Shown piece after piece: positions 20,130 to 36,893 of a stretch of 64,000 nt of DNA. The notes under the pieces were generated by a model, which was not told where the DNA came from, searched no databases, and worked only from the letters and a program-made list of their open reading frames with translations. Positions within the stretch are counted from its first letter, which is position 1. Each line of letters begins with the position of its first letter. Origin of the DNA: an uncultured Verrucomicrobiae bacterium (GTDB taxonomy: Bacteria > Verrucomicrobiota > Verrucomicrobiia > Chthoniobacterales > UBA10450). Location: the NCBI GenBank assembly GCA_963726745.1, contig CAVSDR010000003.1, positions 1,056,001 to 1,120,000 of the forward strand, given 5' to 3'. Both the position numbers and the translations under genes were made by a program.

Positions 20130-20959
20130 TGCGGCTGCTGGTTCACCTTTCCGACCTGCATTTTGGCCGGGTGAACCCGGAAATCCTCGAGCCGCTGGGG
20201 CATTTTGTGCGCAAGCTCCAGCCGGACCTGGTCGCGGTCTCGGGCGACCTTACCCAGCGCGCGCGCACGCACGAGTATCTCGCGGCCCGGGAATTCCTGG
20301 CCACGCTTCCGGGCCCGCAGATCGTCGTTCCCGGGAACCACGATGTGCCGCTGCACAATCCGTTTCGCCGCTTCTTTCGCGGGCTCACGCGCTACCAGCA
20401 TTACATCACCCGCGACTTGCAGCCGACCTTCATCGACGACGAGCTCGCGGTCGTGGGGGTAAACACCGCGCGCGCGTTCACCTGGAAAGACGGCCGGATC
20501 AATCGCCGCCAGCTCGCGCAATTACGCGCCACCCTGGAGACGGTCGGGCCGCGGCACACGCGCGTGCTGGTGACGCATCATCCCTTTGATCTCCCCGGCG
20601 GGGCGAGCGGGGAAGTGGTCGGCCGCTCGCGGCTCGCGATCAAAACGCTGGCTGATTGCCGGGTGGACCTGCTGCTCGCGGGGCACTTCCACATTGCCGA
20701 CATCGGTTACACCGCGAAGCGCTATAACGTCGAAGGTTATTCCGCGCTCATCGTTTCCTCCGGCACGAGCACGTCCACGCGCGGGCGCGGCCAGCCGAAT
20801 TCATTCAACCTCCTGCGGATCGAGCACCCGGCGGTCACGATTGAGCGTTACGTTTGGCCGCCGGCCGGCGGGGAGTTCACCCTCTTCTCGGTGGAGAACT
20901 TCCGGAAAGGCGACGCCGGCTGGCTACGCGTCCCAGACGGCGTATCCTCTCCGGAATGA
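20129..20959 (+). CDS. Metallophosphoesterase (CpdA/Icc-like)
   Basis: SDLHFG, SGDLTQRAR, PGNHD, THHP, GHFH motifs. Confidence 0.9.
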   Translation: MRLLVHLSDLHFGRVNPEILEPLGHFVRKLQPDLVAVSGDLTQRARTHEYLAAREFLATLPGPQIVVPGNHDVPLHNPFRRFFRGLTRYQHYITRDLQPTFIDDELAVVGVNTARAFTWKDGRINRRQLAQLRATLETVGPRHTRVLVTHHPFDLPGGASGEVVGRSRLAIKTLADCRVDLLLAGHFHIADIGYTAKRYNVEGYSALIVSSGTSTSTRGRGQPNSFNLLRIEHPAVTIERYVWPPAGGEFTLFSVENFRKGDAGWLRVPDGVSSPE

Positions 20960-21426
20960 AACTCTATTTCCTGCGCCATGGAAAAGCGGATTGGCCCGAC
21001 TGGACCGGGACCGATGACGAGCGGCCGCTGACGAAAAAGGGCCGCAAGGAAACGAAGCGCGTGGCGCGATTCCTTTGCCGACACGGCGAGGAGCCAGAGT
21101 TCATTCTCACCAGTCCGCTGCCACGCGCCCGGCAAACCGCGGAAGCCGCCGCGAAGAAACTTGGCGTGGAAGTGCGGGTGGAAGCGGCGCTCGAAAAGGG
21201 CTTCGATCTCGCGGCGTTGCGGCGCCTGCTCAAGCGCACCGAAGCAAAGACGATCATGCTCGTCGGGCACGAGCCGGACTTCAGCGGAGTGGTCGCGGAA
21301 TTGACCGGCGGCCGGGTGGAGCTGCGCAAAAGCAGTGTTGCCTGCGTGCTCCTGGGCGAGGCGAAAAGCGCCGGCGTGCTCGCCTGGTTGCTCCCACCGG
21401 CACTGACGAAGCGGCGGAAAGCTTAG
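20956..21426 (+). CDS. sixA: Phosphohistidine phosphatase, SixA family
   Basis: MKLYFLRHGKA, DDERPLT..G, TSPLPRARQTAE, LVGHEP. Confidence 0.85.
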   Translation: MKLYFLRHGKADWPDWTGTDDERPLTKKGRKETKRVARFLCRHGEEPEFILTSPLPRARQTAEAAAKKLGVEVRVEAALEKGFDLAALRRLLKRTEAKTIMLVGHEPDFSGVVAELTGGRVELRKSSVACVLLGEAKSAGVLAWLLPPALTKRRKA

Positions 21427-21471
21427 CCGGCGCGACTCGCGGGCGTTCGGCGGGTTAAAAGAACCAAAGGG

Positions 21472-23190
21472 ATGTTTTACGGGGTCACGTTTCGGTCGCC
21501 CAAGGGCAGTTCAGCGCTCGTTAGGCGAAAAGCTGTGCGCGCGCAGGAGTGCGTGCTGGCGGCGGCGATCTTCGGAGGCACGCTCCTGCTGAAGCTGTGG
21601 GCGGTTTATCACTACCGCTTCGATAGCGACGAGTCGCAGCATCTGCACGTCGCCTGGGCCTGGACGCACGGCTTGGTGCAATACCGCGACGCGTTCGATA
21701 ATCACATGCCGCTCTTCCATCTGCTGACCGCGCCGGTGCTCGCGCTCCTCGGCGAGCATGCGTCGGTGCCATTTTGGATGCGGCTTTTCATGCTCCCGCT
21801 CTACGGGATCAGCGCCTGGGCGATTTATCGCATCGGCACGATCACGTTTTCGCGCCGGGTTGGGATGTGGGCCGCAGTCGTGCTCGGCGGTTACGCGCCC
21901 TACTTCTTCTGCACCACGGAATTTCGCACCGATAACCTCTGGAATCCGCTTTGGCTGCTCTCCGTGCTCGTCTTGTTGCGCGGACCGATGGAAACGCGGC
22001 GGTCGCTCGCCGCGGGCGTGCTTCTCGGGCTTTGCTTTGCGGTGTCGATGAAGACAACGGTGATGCTGCTGGGATTGCTCCTGGCCCTGGGCTGCACGCT
22101 GTTTCTCCTGCGCGCCGAGTTGCCGGCTATTTCCTGGGGGCGGGTGGGGCGTTGCGCGGCTGCCTATGCGCTGGCCGCGGCGGCGATCCCAGGTTGCATC
22201 ATGCTCTACTTCGCCGCCATGGGCGTGTGGCCGGAGTTTCGCTACGGCGTCTTCGAGCACAACTTGATGCTGCATCGCTCGGCCGCGGCGACGTATCTGC
22301 GGATGCTGTTGCTCCCCATGGGGCTGCCAATCATCCTTCTGGCCGGGCGCCATTTCCTGGCCCGGCAGCCGAAGCGGGAGCGCGGTTTTGCGCGCACTTT
22401 CGTGCTTCTGCTCGCGCCTTGTTATTTCATCGTGCTGGTTAGTTTTTGGCGGCACGTCACGCGGCAGGACGATCTGCCGTTTCAGCCTTTCGCGGCTCTG
22501 CTCGCGGTGGTGGGCGTGCTCCATTTTGCGCGGAACTGGCGGCCGCTTCTGCTTGGGCGCTGGCTCCCGGCGCCGGCGTGTCTCGCGCTCGTGCTGGTGG
22601 CGCTCCTCGGGCCGCGTTTCGCCAGCTTAACCGGCGCGCGCACCGAGGTGGCCTTGGTGCGCGAAGTTCTCCAGCTGGCCGATCCGAGCGACTACGTGCT
22701 CGACGCCAAGGGCGAGACGATCTTTCGCCCGCGGCCTCTGTTCTGGGTGCTGGAGGGGATCACGATGGATCGCCTGCACAAGGGCCTGTTGGCGGACGAT
22801 CTCGCGGCGCGTTGCCTGTCCACGCGGACCTGTGTCGCGGTCGTGAGCGGACATTTGCCGGAGAACGACCGCGCTTTCCTGGATGCAAATTACATCGAAG
22901 TGCGACCGGCCTTGCGAGTCGCGGGGAAGGTCTTGCCGTCGACGAGCGGCCCGGACGGCAAGATCCCGTTCGAGGTTGCGATTCCGGCAAGCTACGAGTT
23001 GATCTCGCCGGACGAGAAAGTCACCGGGACGCTCGACGGCCTGCCTTACGAAGGTGCGCGGACGTTGAACCAAGGCTGGCACGATTTCCGGCCAGCGGTG
23101 GCCGGCGAGACCGTGGCGGTGATCTGGGCGCAGGCGGCGGACCGGAACTTCACTCCTTTCCACTCGCACCACGCGAAGGTGCACGGCTAA
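21472..23190 (+). CDS. Polytopic membrane glycosyltransferase (GT-C; ArnT/PMT-like)
   Basis: DSDESQHLH loop after TM1, YRDAFDNHMPL, EFRTD, many TM segments; start uncertain. Confidence 0.7.
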   Translation: MFYGVTFRSPKGSSALVRRKAVRAQECVLAAAIFGGTLLLKLWAVYHYRFDSDESQHLHVAWAWTHGLVQYRDAFDNHMPLFHLLTAPVLALLGEHASVPFWMRLFMLPLYGISAWAIYRIGTITFSRRVGMWAAVVLGGYAPYFFCTTEFRTDNLWNPLWLLSVLVLLRGPMETRRSLAAGVLLGLCFAVSMKTTVMLLGLLLALGCTLFLLRAELPAISWGRVGRCAAAYALAAAAIPGCIMLYFAAMGVWPEFRYGVFEHNLMLHRSAAATYLRMLLLPMGLPIILLAGRHFLARQPKRERGFARTFVLLLAPCYFIVLVSFWRHVTRQDDLPFQPFAALLAVVGVLHFARNWRPLLLGRWLPAPACLALVLVALLGPRFASLTGARTEVALVREVLQLADPSDYVLDAKGETIFRPRPLFWVLEGITMDRLHKGLLADDLAARCLSTRTCVAVVSGHLPENDRAFLDANYIEVRPALRVAGKVLPSTSGPDGKIPFEVAIPASYELISPDEKVTGTLDGLPYEGARTLNQGWHDFRPAVAGETVAVIWAQAADRNFTPFHSHHAKVHG

Positions 23191-23201
23191 CGAGTCGCTG
23201 G

Positions 23202-23549
23202 CTAATTCTCGGCCGGTGCGGTGAGCGCGGCGAGCTCGCCCGCGATCTTCTGCTGGCGCTCGTTCAAATCCTTCAGCCGAAGTTGCCAGCGATGCAGCTG
23301 GATGCTGTGCTGATTGATGTAGCTGGTGATTTCTGTGCGCTGCGACTCGTTCTCCTTCAGCTGGTGTTGTAACTCGGAGAGCTTCGCGGCATTCACCGCG
23401 GCGGCGGCAATCCCGGACGCGGGTACGGTGGTCGTCTTTCCACAGGTCTGACATTGCAGACTAATGCCCGCGGCTGCGGCGTCGACCACGTAGGAAGTGG
23501 CGCAGTGGGTGCAGGCAAAAACGATGTCGGGCGTGCTGGTTTCCATCAC
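23202..23549 (-). CDS. Hypothetical Zn-ribbon plus coiled-coil protein
   Basis: CTHC...CQTC pairs, then heptad-rich LSELQHQLKENESQRTEI...LKDLNERQQKI; start may be ATG at 23546. Confidence 0.75.
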   Translation of the reverse strand: MMETSTPDIVFACTHCATSYVVDAAAAGISLQCQTCGKTTTVPASGIAAAAVNAAKLSELQHQLKENESQRTEITSYINQHSIQLHRWQLRLKDLNERQQKIAGELAALTAPAEN

Positions 23550-23714
23550 GTCGTCTCTTTAGCAGGTGGTATACCGGAATGTCCTCTGGGAAAGGTCCTG
23601 CCACTAGAGAGATGCGACACAGCAGCGCATCGCAGGGAAATCCACTGCGCCACGATGTCCCGAAAGCCCGCAGCCACGTCGCGACACTCAAAAAAGTAAA
23701 CCGCTCTCCCGTAG

Positions 23715-25763
<2,049 letters not shown>

Positions 25764-25858
25764 GCAGCACTTTCAACCCATAAAATTTGCCGGCGCTCGC
25801 AGGGCTACCTGCCGGGCGCAGGCATTAACCAAAAGACAAGAAGGAGTAACTAAAACAC

Positions 25859-26152
25859 ATGGCAATTAACGTAAGACCGCTTGGAGATCGCGTGCTCGTG
25901 CAGCCGATCGAAGAGCAGGAAATGAAAAAAGGCGGGATCATCATTCCCGACACCGCAAAGGAAAAGCCACAGGAAGGCAAAGTTGTCGCCCTCGGCACCG
26001 GCAAGCTCGATGACAATGGGAAGAAGGTCGAGTTCACCGTGAAGAGCGGAGACAAGGTGCTGATCAGCAAATATGGCGGCACCGAAATCAAAGTGGACGG
26101 TGAGTCCTACTTGATCATGCGTGAGGACGACATCCTCGGCATCATTGGTTAA
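25859..26152 (+). CDS. groES: Co-chaperonin GroES
   Basis: [33 protein letters not shown]. Confidence 0.99.
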   Translation: MAINVRPLGDRVLVQPIEEQEMKKGGIIIPDTAKEKPQEGKVVALGTGKLDDNGKKVEFTVKSGDKVLISKYGGTEIKVDGESYLIMREDDILGIIG

Positions 26153-26184
26153 TCAGAACCTTTAACTAGAAAACCACACAATAA

Positions 26185-27846
<1,662 letters not shown>

Positions 27847-27880
27847 GTCCAGCGACCCAAAGCTAACCAAAGCAATCAAG

Positions 27881-27920
27881 AGCAGCCGGGTTCCGCAAGG
27901 GGCCCGGCTGTTTTGCTTTC
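27881..27920 (+). terminator. Intrinsic terminator after groEL
   Basis: agcagccgggttcc-GCAA-ggggcccggctgtt hairpin followed by a T-rich tract. Confidence 0.8.
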
Positions 27921-27994
27921 GCCGACGTTTAGCTCAAAGCGCGGTTGCGCGCTTGCGAGCTACGCTGTGGGGAAGGCAAAGGCGGAGGCTGCGG

Positions 27995-28252
27995 CTAAGC
28001 GGCCTGCTTCATCCCGGGGAGGACGCTTGGGAAGACGGCGATCGCGGCTTCCGGCTTTTCCACCGGCTCGGAGGTCAGCTTTCCTTCGATGATCTCGGTC
28101 AAGGCGATATCGGCCAAGCCCATTCCCGGCGGAGTGCTGACCAGCGGACGATGTCCCTGGTTTAACTGCCGCACGCGGCGCGAGACCACGTTAACTAGAA
28201 GTTCAGTCAGCGGGATCACTTGGGCGGCAGCGGCGACGAGGTGGGAATTCAT
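27995..28252 (-). CDS. rpoZ: RNA polymerase omega subunit
   Basis: LLVNVVSRRVRQLNQGHRPLV...DIALTEIIEGKL matches the omega pattern (R.RQL, .AL.EI..GK). Confidence 0.8.
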   Translation of the reverse strand: MNSHLVAAAAQVIPLTELLVNVVSRRVRQLNQGHRPLVSTPPGMGLADIALTEIIEGKLTSEPVEKPEAAIAVFPSVLPGMKQAA

Positions 28253-28414
28253 AAGGGAAGAGGAGTGGGAAGCTGCGGACTGGAAGAGAGGCACCGGCGC
28301 GCCCGCGAGGCGCGACCCGGCGATTCACCGCAGGGAAGCAGGCGGAGGTTCGCCCACTTTGAGGGAAAGACAACCGCTCACTGCGGATGGTCCCGCTGCG
28401 TTGGAAACTGTCGG

Positions 28415-28603
28415 CTAACGAAAGAAGAGCGAATAACCGACCGCGGCCAGGAGCCCTCCCGCCACGATGAGCCAGGGAAGGCCCCGGGCGTTGAAGCGCA
28501 GCCGGTTCGATCCATTGCCGAGCAACGCTGGCGCACAGTGCCGGCAGCGATGATCCACGATCGACAAGGCATAACCGCAGGCGGGACATTCTTCCAGAGG
28601 CAC
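28415..28603 (-). CDS. Small Zn-ribbon protein with C-terminal TM helix
   Basis: CPAC...CRHC plus LPWLIVAGGLLAAVGYSLFF. Confidence 0.6.
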   Translation of the reverse strand: MPLEECPACGYALSIVDHRCRHCAPALLGNGSNRLRFNARGLPWLIVAGGLLAAVGYSLFFR

Positions 28604-28708
28604 AACTCACCCATCGCAGGCTTTGGCGGCGACGCGAGGGAAGACATGCTGTCGCGGCGCGCGCAACTTCTTTGACTCCGCCGCAGCCTCTCGTCACTCT
28701 CCCTTTCC

Positions 28709-31905
<3,197 letters not shown>

Positions 31906-31989
31906 TTAAGCAGAACTTTATTTGGAGACCAAGAAGCCAGGAAGAGAATGCTGGCTAATGGCCGAGTGCTTTCACAGAGCCGCCGGCTC

Positions 31990-32694
31990 TTAGACAAAAA
32001 ACTCTTCGCCGCGCGGGCGGAGATCGAGCTCGAGCGTCCAGGCCGACGGATCCTGATGCGCCAGGAACCAGTAACTCTCCGCGATCTGCGCCGGATCAAG
32101 CCGCGGCTCCTTCGCCTCCGGCTCATCGCCGATGATGCCGTCGATGAGCACATGCGCGACGTGGATGCCTTGCGGCCAAAGTTCGCGCGCGAGCGCCTGC
32201 GTCAGGCCGCGCAGGGCAAACTTCGCACTGCTAAACGCGAGCCAGCCGCCGCCGCGCACGCTGGAGGTGGCGCCGGTGAAAAGGATCGCGCCCGTTTTTG
32301 CCTGCAACATGTCGGGCACGGTCGCCTGCGCGGCGACAAACGCCCCCAGCGCCGCGATGCGCCAGGATTGCTCGAAGTTTTCCGGCGTGGTCCCGAGGAG
32401 ACCGTCGCCGGAGGAATCGCTCGCGTTGTGGATCAAGAGATCGATTGGGCCAAGCGCGGTTCGGATCTGCTCGACCGCCAGCCGCACCTGCGCCGGATCG
32501 CTCACATCGGCGGCCACGCCGAAAGCTTCGCCACCGTCGTGCGAGAGCTCGCGCGCGAGCTCATCGATGAAGTCGCGGCTGCGCGCGACTAACCCAAGCT
32601 TGTAGCCGCCACGCGCGAAGCGGCGGGCCAGCGCCGCGCCGAGGCCAGGCCCGACTCCAGTGATCAAGGCGATGCGCGCAGGGGACGTGGTCAT
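31990..32694 (-). CDS. Short-chain dehydrogenase/reductase
   Basis: ITGVGPGLG, TGATSSVRG, FSSAKFALRGL, HVAHVLIDG, WTLELDLRP. Confidence 0.92.
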   Translation of the reverse strand: MTTSPARIALITGVGPGLGAALARRFARGGYKLGLVARSRDFIDELARELSHDGGEAFGVAADVSDPAQVRLAVEQIRTALGPIDLLIHNASDSSGDGLLGTTPENFEQSWRIAALGAFVAAQATVPDMLQAKTGAILFTGATSSVRGGGWLAFSSAKFALRGLTQALARELWPQGIHVAHVLIDGIIGDEPEAKEPRLDPAQIAESYWFLAHQDPSAWTLELDLRPRGEEFFV

Positions 32695-32703
32695 ACCGCA
32701 GCT

Positions 32704-34041
32704 TCACCCGCGCAGCGGCGGCTGGCGTGCACTTTTCGCGCGGTTCCAAAACGCCGCGCCCGCCCAGAGAAGCGCGAGCAGGAAAACGAAAGCGCACCAG
32801 CTCGCGCCGCTGACCGCGCGCCATTGCCGGAGCGCGGCGCGCCAGCCGAGGCTGCCGAGCGGAAAGGAAAGGCCGGCGAGCATGAGGAGCATGCCGCCCG
32901 CGAGCAGCCAGCGCTCGCGCCGCGCGGAGATGTGGAACAGCGCCAGCGCGACGGCGTAGACGATCACCAGCAAGATCATGTGCCGCGAGGTGGTTTGCGG
33001 GCTGAAGGCGAGCGCAAAAAAGATGAGTGTGGACCACTCAAGCGCCGCGAGTCCGCGCGCAGAAGTTGCCGGCAAATTCTCCGCCCGGGCGAAGAGCGGC
33101 AGCCCGCACCTGCGTGCGACCACCAGAAAAATAGCCAGCAAGATGACCAGGAGCGCGGCGGCGAGGGCCACGCCCACGGCATCGGAGAGCGCATGCGTGC
33201 GCGTATAGCGGAAGATCGCGGAGGTGAGCGAGATCGACCGCGCCCAGTCGACATGGAGGATTTGCGCGCCAGCCGACGCCGCCACCGGCAGGCCAAACAT
33301 CCGCCCCAGCCCGCCAAAGGCCGCGCCGAGATTTGCCCGCAGCGGCTGGACGCCGAGCTGGAGCGCCGGGAGCGCGAGGAAAAAAACGAAGGCGGCGCAG
33401 GAAGCCGCGGCTGCGCGATAACGCCGGGTCCAGAGGAAGTAAGGCACGGAGATGAGGCTCAGGTATTTGATGTTTGCCACCAGGCCGAGCGCGATTCCGG
33501 CAAGGCCGGGCCGCCGCTCCATCCAGCGCAAGCCGCAGACAAAACCGAGCAGCATCAGCCCGTCGGTTTGGCCAAGGGTGAACATCGCGTGCACCTTGTC
33601 GGCCACGAAAAGCAGCGCGAGCGCCGCCACCCGCCAAACCACCGTCGTCGACGCGCCCGGGAGGAAGCGCTCCTGCGCCTCGCGCGCGCCGAGATGGAGC
33701 GCGAGCCCCACGATCGCAGCATTGGCCACGGCCCAAACCATGCCCGCGATTGTCTCTGGCAGGAGTGCGAGCGGTTGGAAGAAAAAGGCCAGGAACGGCG
33801 GATAGATATAACGTCCGCCCGCAGCCGCGTAGAGATCGCGCCCTTCCACGAGCGCGCGCGCGGCTTGGTGGAAATAGGCAAAGTCCTCCGTCTCCCCGGT
33901 CCGCCCGATTTCGTAGATCGCGTGCCCCGCGAAGGCGAGGAGCGCGAGGATGACGAAAGCACGAGCGAGCTGGAAACGTTGGTCGAATTCCAAGGCGCGG
34001 CGCATCGCGCCCAAGAGAAAGGGGAAGCTTTCCGGCGTCAA
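32704..34041 (-). CDS. Glycosyltransferase family 87-like membrane protein
   Basis: DFAYFHQAARAL, YIYPPFLAF, LGQTD, ANIKY; many TM helices; start uncertain. Confidence 0.75.
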   Translation of the reverse strand: MTPESFPFLLGAMRRALEFDQRFQLARAFVILALLAFAGHAIYEIGRTGETEDFAYFHQAARALVEGRDLYAAAGGRYIYPPFLAFFFQPLALLPETIAGMVWAVANAAIVGLALHLGAREAQERFLPGASTTVVWRVAALALLFVADKVHAMFTLGQTDGLMLLGFVCGLRWMERRPGLAGIALGLVANIKYLSLISVPYFLWTRRYRAAAASCAAFVFFLALPALQLGVQPLRANLGAAFGGLGRMFGLPVAASAGAQILHVDWARSISLTSAIFRYTRTHALSDAVGVALAAALLVILLAIFLVVARRCGLPLFARAENLPATSARGLAALEWSTLIFFALAFSPQTTSRHMILLVIVYAVALALFHISARRERWLLAGGMLLMLAGLSFPLGSLGWRAALRQWRAVSGASWCAFVFLLALLWAGAAFWNRAKSARQPPLRG

Positions 34042-34145
34042 CCGGCGGGCACATTGACGCCCCGGCGGTTAGCCAGCAACTTGTGCCCTGGCCATGCAGT
34101 CGCATGCGCCCCTGCATTCAACCCCCGAAAAGGACCCCCATGCCC

Positions 34146-34517
34146 ATGAAACTGATCCTCCCATGCACCTTCCTCGCCGGCGCGGCCCTCGCGCTTACTG
34201 CCTGCGATAACAAAACTGCCGACTCTCTCAAGGCGAAGGCCGAGGAAGCCAAGCAAACCGTCCAAACCAAAACCACCGAGGCCAAGGAAGCAGCCGACAA
34301 GAAAATCGAGCAGGCCCGGGAGAAAGCGAAGGAAGCCGCGCCCGCGGCTGCAGCCGCATTCGACAAGATGGCCGAGACAGCGAAGGACGCCACGCACACC
34401 GCGGTCGAGAAAACCAAGGACGCGGCCGAGCACGCGGTCGAGAAGGTGAAGGACGCTGCGGACGGCGCGATGGGCACCGGCAGCACGCCTGGGCCGACGA
34501 CCACGCCCTCGCCGTAG
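34146..34517 (+). CDS. Small lipoprotein with Ala/Lys/Glu-rich 11-residue (LEA-like) repeats
   Basis: Lipobox LALTAC; repeats AKDATHTAVEK / TKDAAEHAVEK / VKDAA. Confidence 0.75.
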   Translation: MKLILPCTFLAGAALALTACDNKTADSLKAKAEEAKQTVQTKTTEAKEAADKKIEQAREKAKEAAPAAAAAFDKMAETAKDATHTAVEKTKDAAEHAVEKVKDAADGAMGTGSTPGPTTTPSP

Positions 34518-34719
34518 CTCTGCTCCGGCAGACGGTCGCTGCGCTCAAGCCTTTGTCCGGATGGTTCCCGGCAAAGGATGGCACATCGGCGCATCTTAGA
34601 TCACCGCCTGACCTGCTGGCGCTTAAGGAGAGTCTGCGCGGTGCCGCTCGGATCGCGCCCGCCTTGCGAAGCGAAACCCTTTGGTTCACTGGCATGGAAG
34701 ATGGTCATACCCCAGGCCA

Positions 34720-35304
34720 ATGAAAAAATTTGTCTTCTCCCTTGTTATCGCCACCACCCTGGCCCTGGCCCAGGCGCAAGCTGCGGTGGAATTCTTTAAC
34801 GTCACCTGGTCGGGCGCGACCAATGGCAACACGGCCAGCGCCTTCGCAATCATGGGGATTGATACCGCGGCGATCCCGAATGCAGGTTCTTATATTGAGC
34901 GCAACCAAATGCCCGCATGGCTCGACAGCGTGACGCTTACCATCACCGGAGCGACCACCGGGAATGGGACCTTTACCCTGGCGGATTTTGAAGGCATTTA
35001 CTGGAACACCAGCACTGGAGTATTGGATTTCAGCCAGGAGTTAGTGGGGCAAGTTGTCGGGGGGCAGCCTTGGGGTTTTGATGGCATCTCGTCCAATGGT
35101 GATTTCAATCTCTTTCCGGCAGCTGGTTCTTCGACCGCGCCGCGCGGTGTCGGTCCCTTTATGCTCGCAGCCGATGGGGGCGGGGGCGACGCCATGAGAC
35201 TGACTTCCTTTGCTCCTGTGCCCGAGCCACAGACCTATGCCTTGTTCGCCGCAGGCGTGGTCGCGGTCTTGCTCTTCCGTCGGCGGAAGGCCCAGAGCTG
35301 CTAG
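34720..35304 (+). CDS. PEP-CTERM sorting domain protein
   Basis: Signal peptide MKKFVFSLVIATTLALAQAQA; C-terminal VPEPQTYALFAAGVVAVLLFRRRK. Confidence 0.93.
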   Translation: MKKFVFSLVIATTLALAQAQAAVEFFNVTWSGATNGNTASAFAIMGIDTAAIPNAGSYIERNQMPAWLDSVTLTITGATTGNGTFTLADFEGIYWNTSTGVLDFSQELVGQVVGGQPWGFDGISSNGDFNLFPAAGSSTAPRGVGPFMLAADGGGGDAMRLTSFAPVPEPQTYALFAAGVVAVLLFRRRKAQSC

Positions 35305-35403
35305 ACCTTTCGAGGTTTCGCGGAGTCGACGGCGTCCGGTTCCCTCCGGACGCCGTTGTCGTTTTCGGGGCGACATCGGGCGGGAGCGCGCTGAAGTTGT
35401 CGG

Positions 35404-36174
35404 ATGTTCTTCCGCACGCAGGCCCTGGTTGTTGCCGTCTCTCTTGGGTTGGTGTTCTCCGCCGTGGCGCAACTCGAGCCCGCGCTCCAGGCACACGGCG
35501 GGCTCGCGAAGTGGCAGAGCTATGGCGGGGTCGAGTTCGACCTGAAGTGGACTTCCGCCCGCGGCACGAAACAGGATCACCAGCTCTTCGATCTGCACAC
35601 CCGCGATGGCTTGATCACGAGCGCCAAGTATTCGTTAGGGGCGCACCAGGGAAATGTCTGGGTGCAGCCGAATGCGGCCGCGCTCGGGGGCACGCCGCCA
35701 CGGTTCTACCTTTGGACGCCGTTCTACTTCTTCGGCATGCCGTTCGTCTTTGCCGATCCGGGCGCGATCCTGGAGCCGCTGGGTAAGAAGAGTTTCCAGG
35801 GTGCGGAATACAACGCGGTCAAAATCAGCTTCCGGAAAGGCACGGGCGACACGCCGGACGATTTCTACGTGGCTTACTTCGACGCGCAGAGCGGGCAGCT
35901 GAAATTAGCCAGCTACATCGTGACTTATCCGGCGCTGCGCAAAGGCAAGCCGGTCGAAGAACTGGAGCAGCACGCGATCGTCTTCCACGAGTGGCAGGAG
36001 GTGGACGGCCTGCGTGTGCCGAAGCTGGCGCCGTTCTATCTTTGGAAGGACGAGACCATCGAGGGCGAGCCGCTCGGCACGCTGGAGTTTTCGCAGGTGC
36101 ACTTCCTCCGGGAAGCGCCGGCAGCCGCGAAATTCGCCCCGCCGGAAGGCGCCGTTGCGTTGCCGCTCGAGTAG
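35404..36174 (+). CDS. Conserved hypothetical secreted protein (LolA-like fold possible)
   Basis: Signal peptide; ALQAHGGLAKW, YFFGMPFVFADPG, GTGDTPDDFY. Confidence 0.7.
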   Translation: MFFRTQALVVAVSLGLVFSAVAQLEPALQAHGGLAKWQSYGGVEFDLKWTSARGTKQDHQLFDLHTRDGLITSAKYSLGAHQGNVWVQPNAAALGGTPPRFYLWTPFYFFGMPFVFADPGAILEPLGKKSFQGAEYNAVKISFRKGTGDTPDDFYVAYFDAQSGQLKLASYIVTYPALRKGKPVEELEQHAIVFHEWQEVDGLRVPKLAPFYLWKDETIEGEPLGTLEFSQVHFLREAPAAAKFAPPEGAVALPLE

Positions 36175-36231
36175 CCGGCGACTGGATCTTTTTGCGTCCA
36201 AACGAGGCCCGCGAGCGGACCTCTTGCACAT

Positions 36232-36777
36232 ATGAAACGATACCTAACTATTCCCGCACTCGTCCTCGGTTTGAGCGCGGCCGTCGCCTTTGCCGCAGAG
36301 AACCCGAAGGTCGGCGGCGCCGAGATGTCTCCGCAAAAGAACATCGTCGAAAACGCCAGCAACTCGAAGGACCACACCACCCTCGTGGCCGCGGTCAAAG
36401 CCGCCGGTCTCGTCGAGACTCTCTCGGGCAAGGGACCTTTCACGGTCTTCGCGCCGACGAATGAGGCCTTCGAAAAACTGCCCGCTGGCACCGTGGACAC
36501 GCTGGTGAAACCAGAGAACAAGAAGAAGCTTACCGGCATTCTTACCTACCATGTCGTCCCGGGTAACGTGACCGCGGAGAAGCTCATGGCCGAGATCAAG
36601 GCTGGCAGCGGCAAGGCTGAACTCAAGACCGTCAACGGCGAGAAGCTGACCGCGATGATGGAAGGCAAGAACGTCGAATTGAAGGATGCCAAGGGTGGCA
36701 CTGCCAAGGTGACGATCGCCGACGTGAAGCAGAGTAATGGTGTGATCCACGTGATCGACACCGTTTTGATGCCGTAA
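36232..36777 (+). CDS. Fasciclin (FAS1) domain protein
   Basis: TLVAAVKAAGLVETL, FTVFAPTNEAF, ILTYHVV, NGVIHVIDTVLMP. Confidence 0.96.
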   Translation: MKRYLTIPALVLGLSAAVAFAAENPKVGGAEMSPQKNIVENASNSKDHTTLVAAVKAAGLVETLSGKGPFTVFAPTNEAFEKLPAGTVDTLVKPENKKKLTGILTYHVVPGNVTAEKLMAEIKAGSGKAELKTVNGEKLTAMMEGKNVELKDAKGGTAKVTIADVKQSNGVIHVIDTVLMP

Positions 36778-36852
36778 TTTCCGAAGTTGGTGGATGGGCA
36801 GGCGCGAGTGGGCACAGACACAGCCACTCGCGCCTTGCTTGTCGATTCTAGT

Positions 36853-36882
36853 GGGAGCCGCAAGCGCGTGGCTCCTTTTTTT
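36853..36882 (+). terminator. Intrinsic terminator after the fasciclin gene
   Basis: ggagccgc...gtggctcc stem followed by a T7 run. Confidence 0.7.
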
Positions 36883-36893
36883 GTGCCTGGCAG

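Noticed and set aside
36180..36231. ECF promoter upstream of the fasciclin gene (and a similar GGAATC...GTCAA before csbD)
   Set aside because: Plausible from context, but the motifs are too weak to support by eye.
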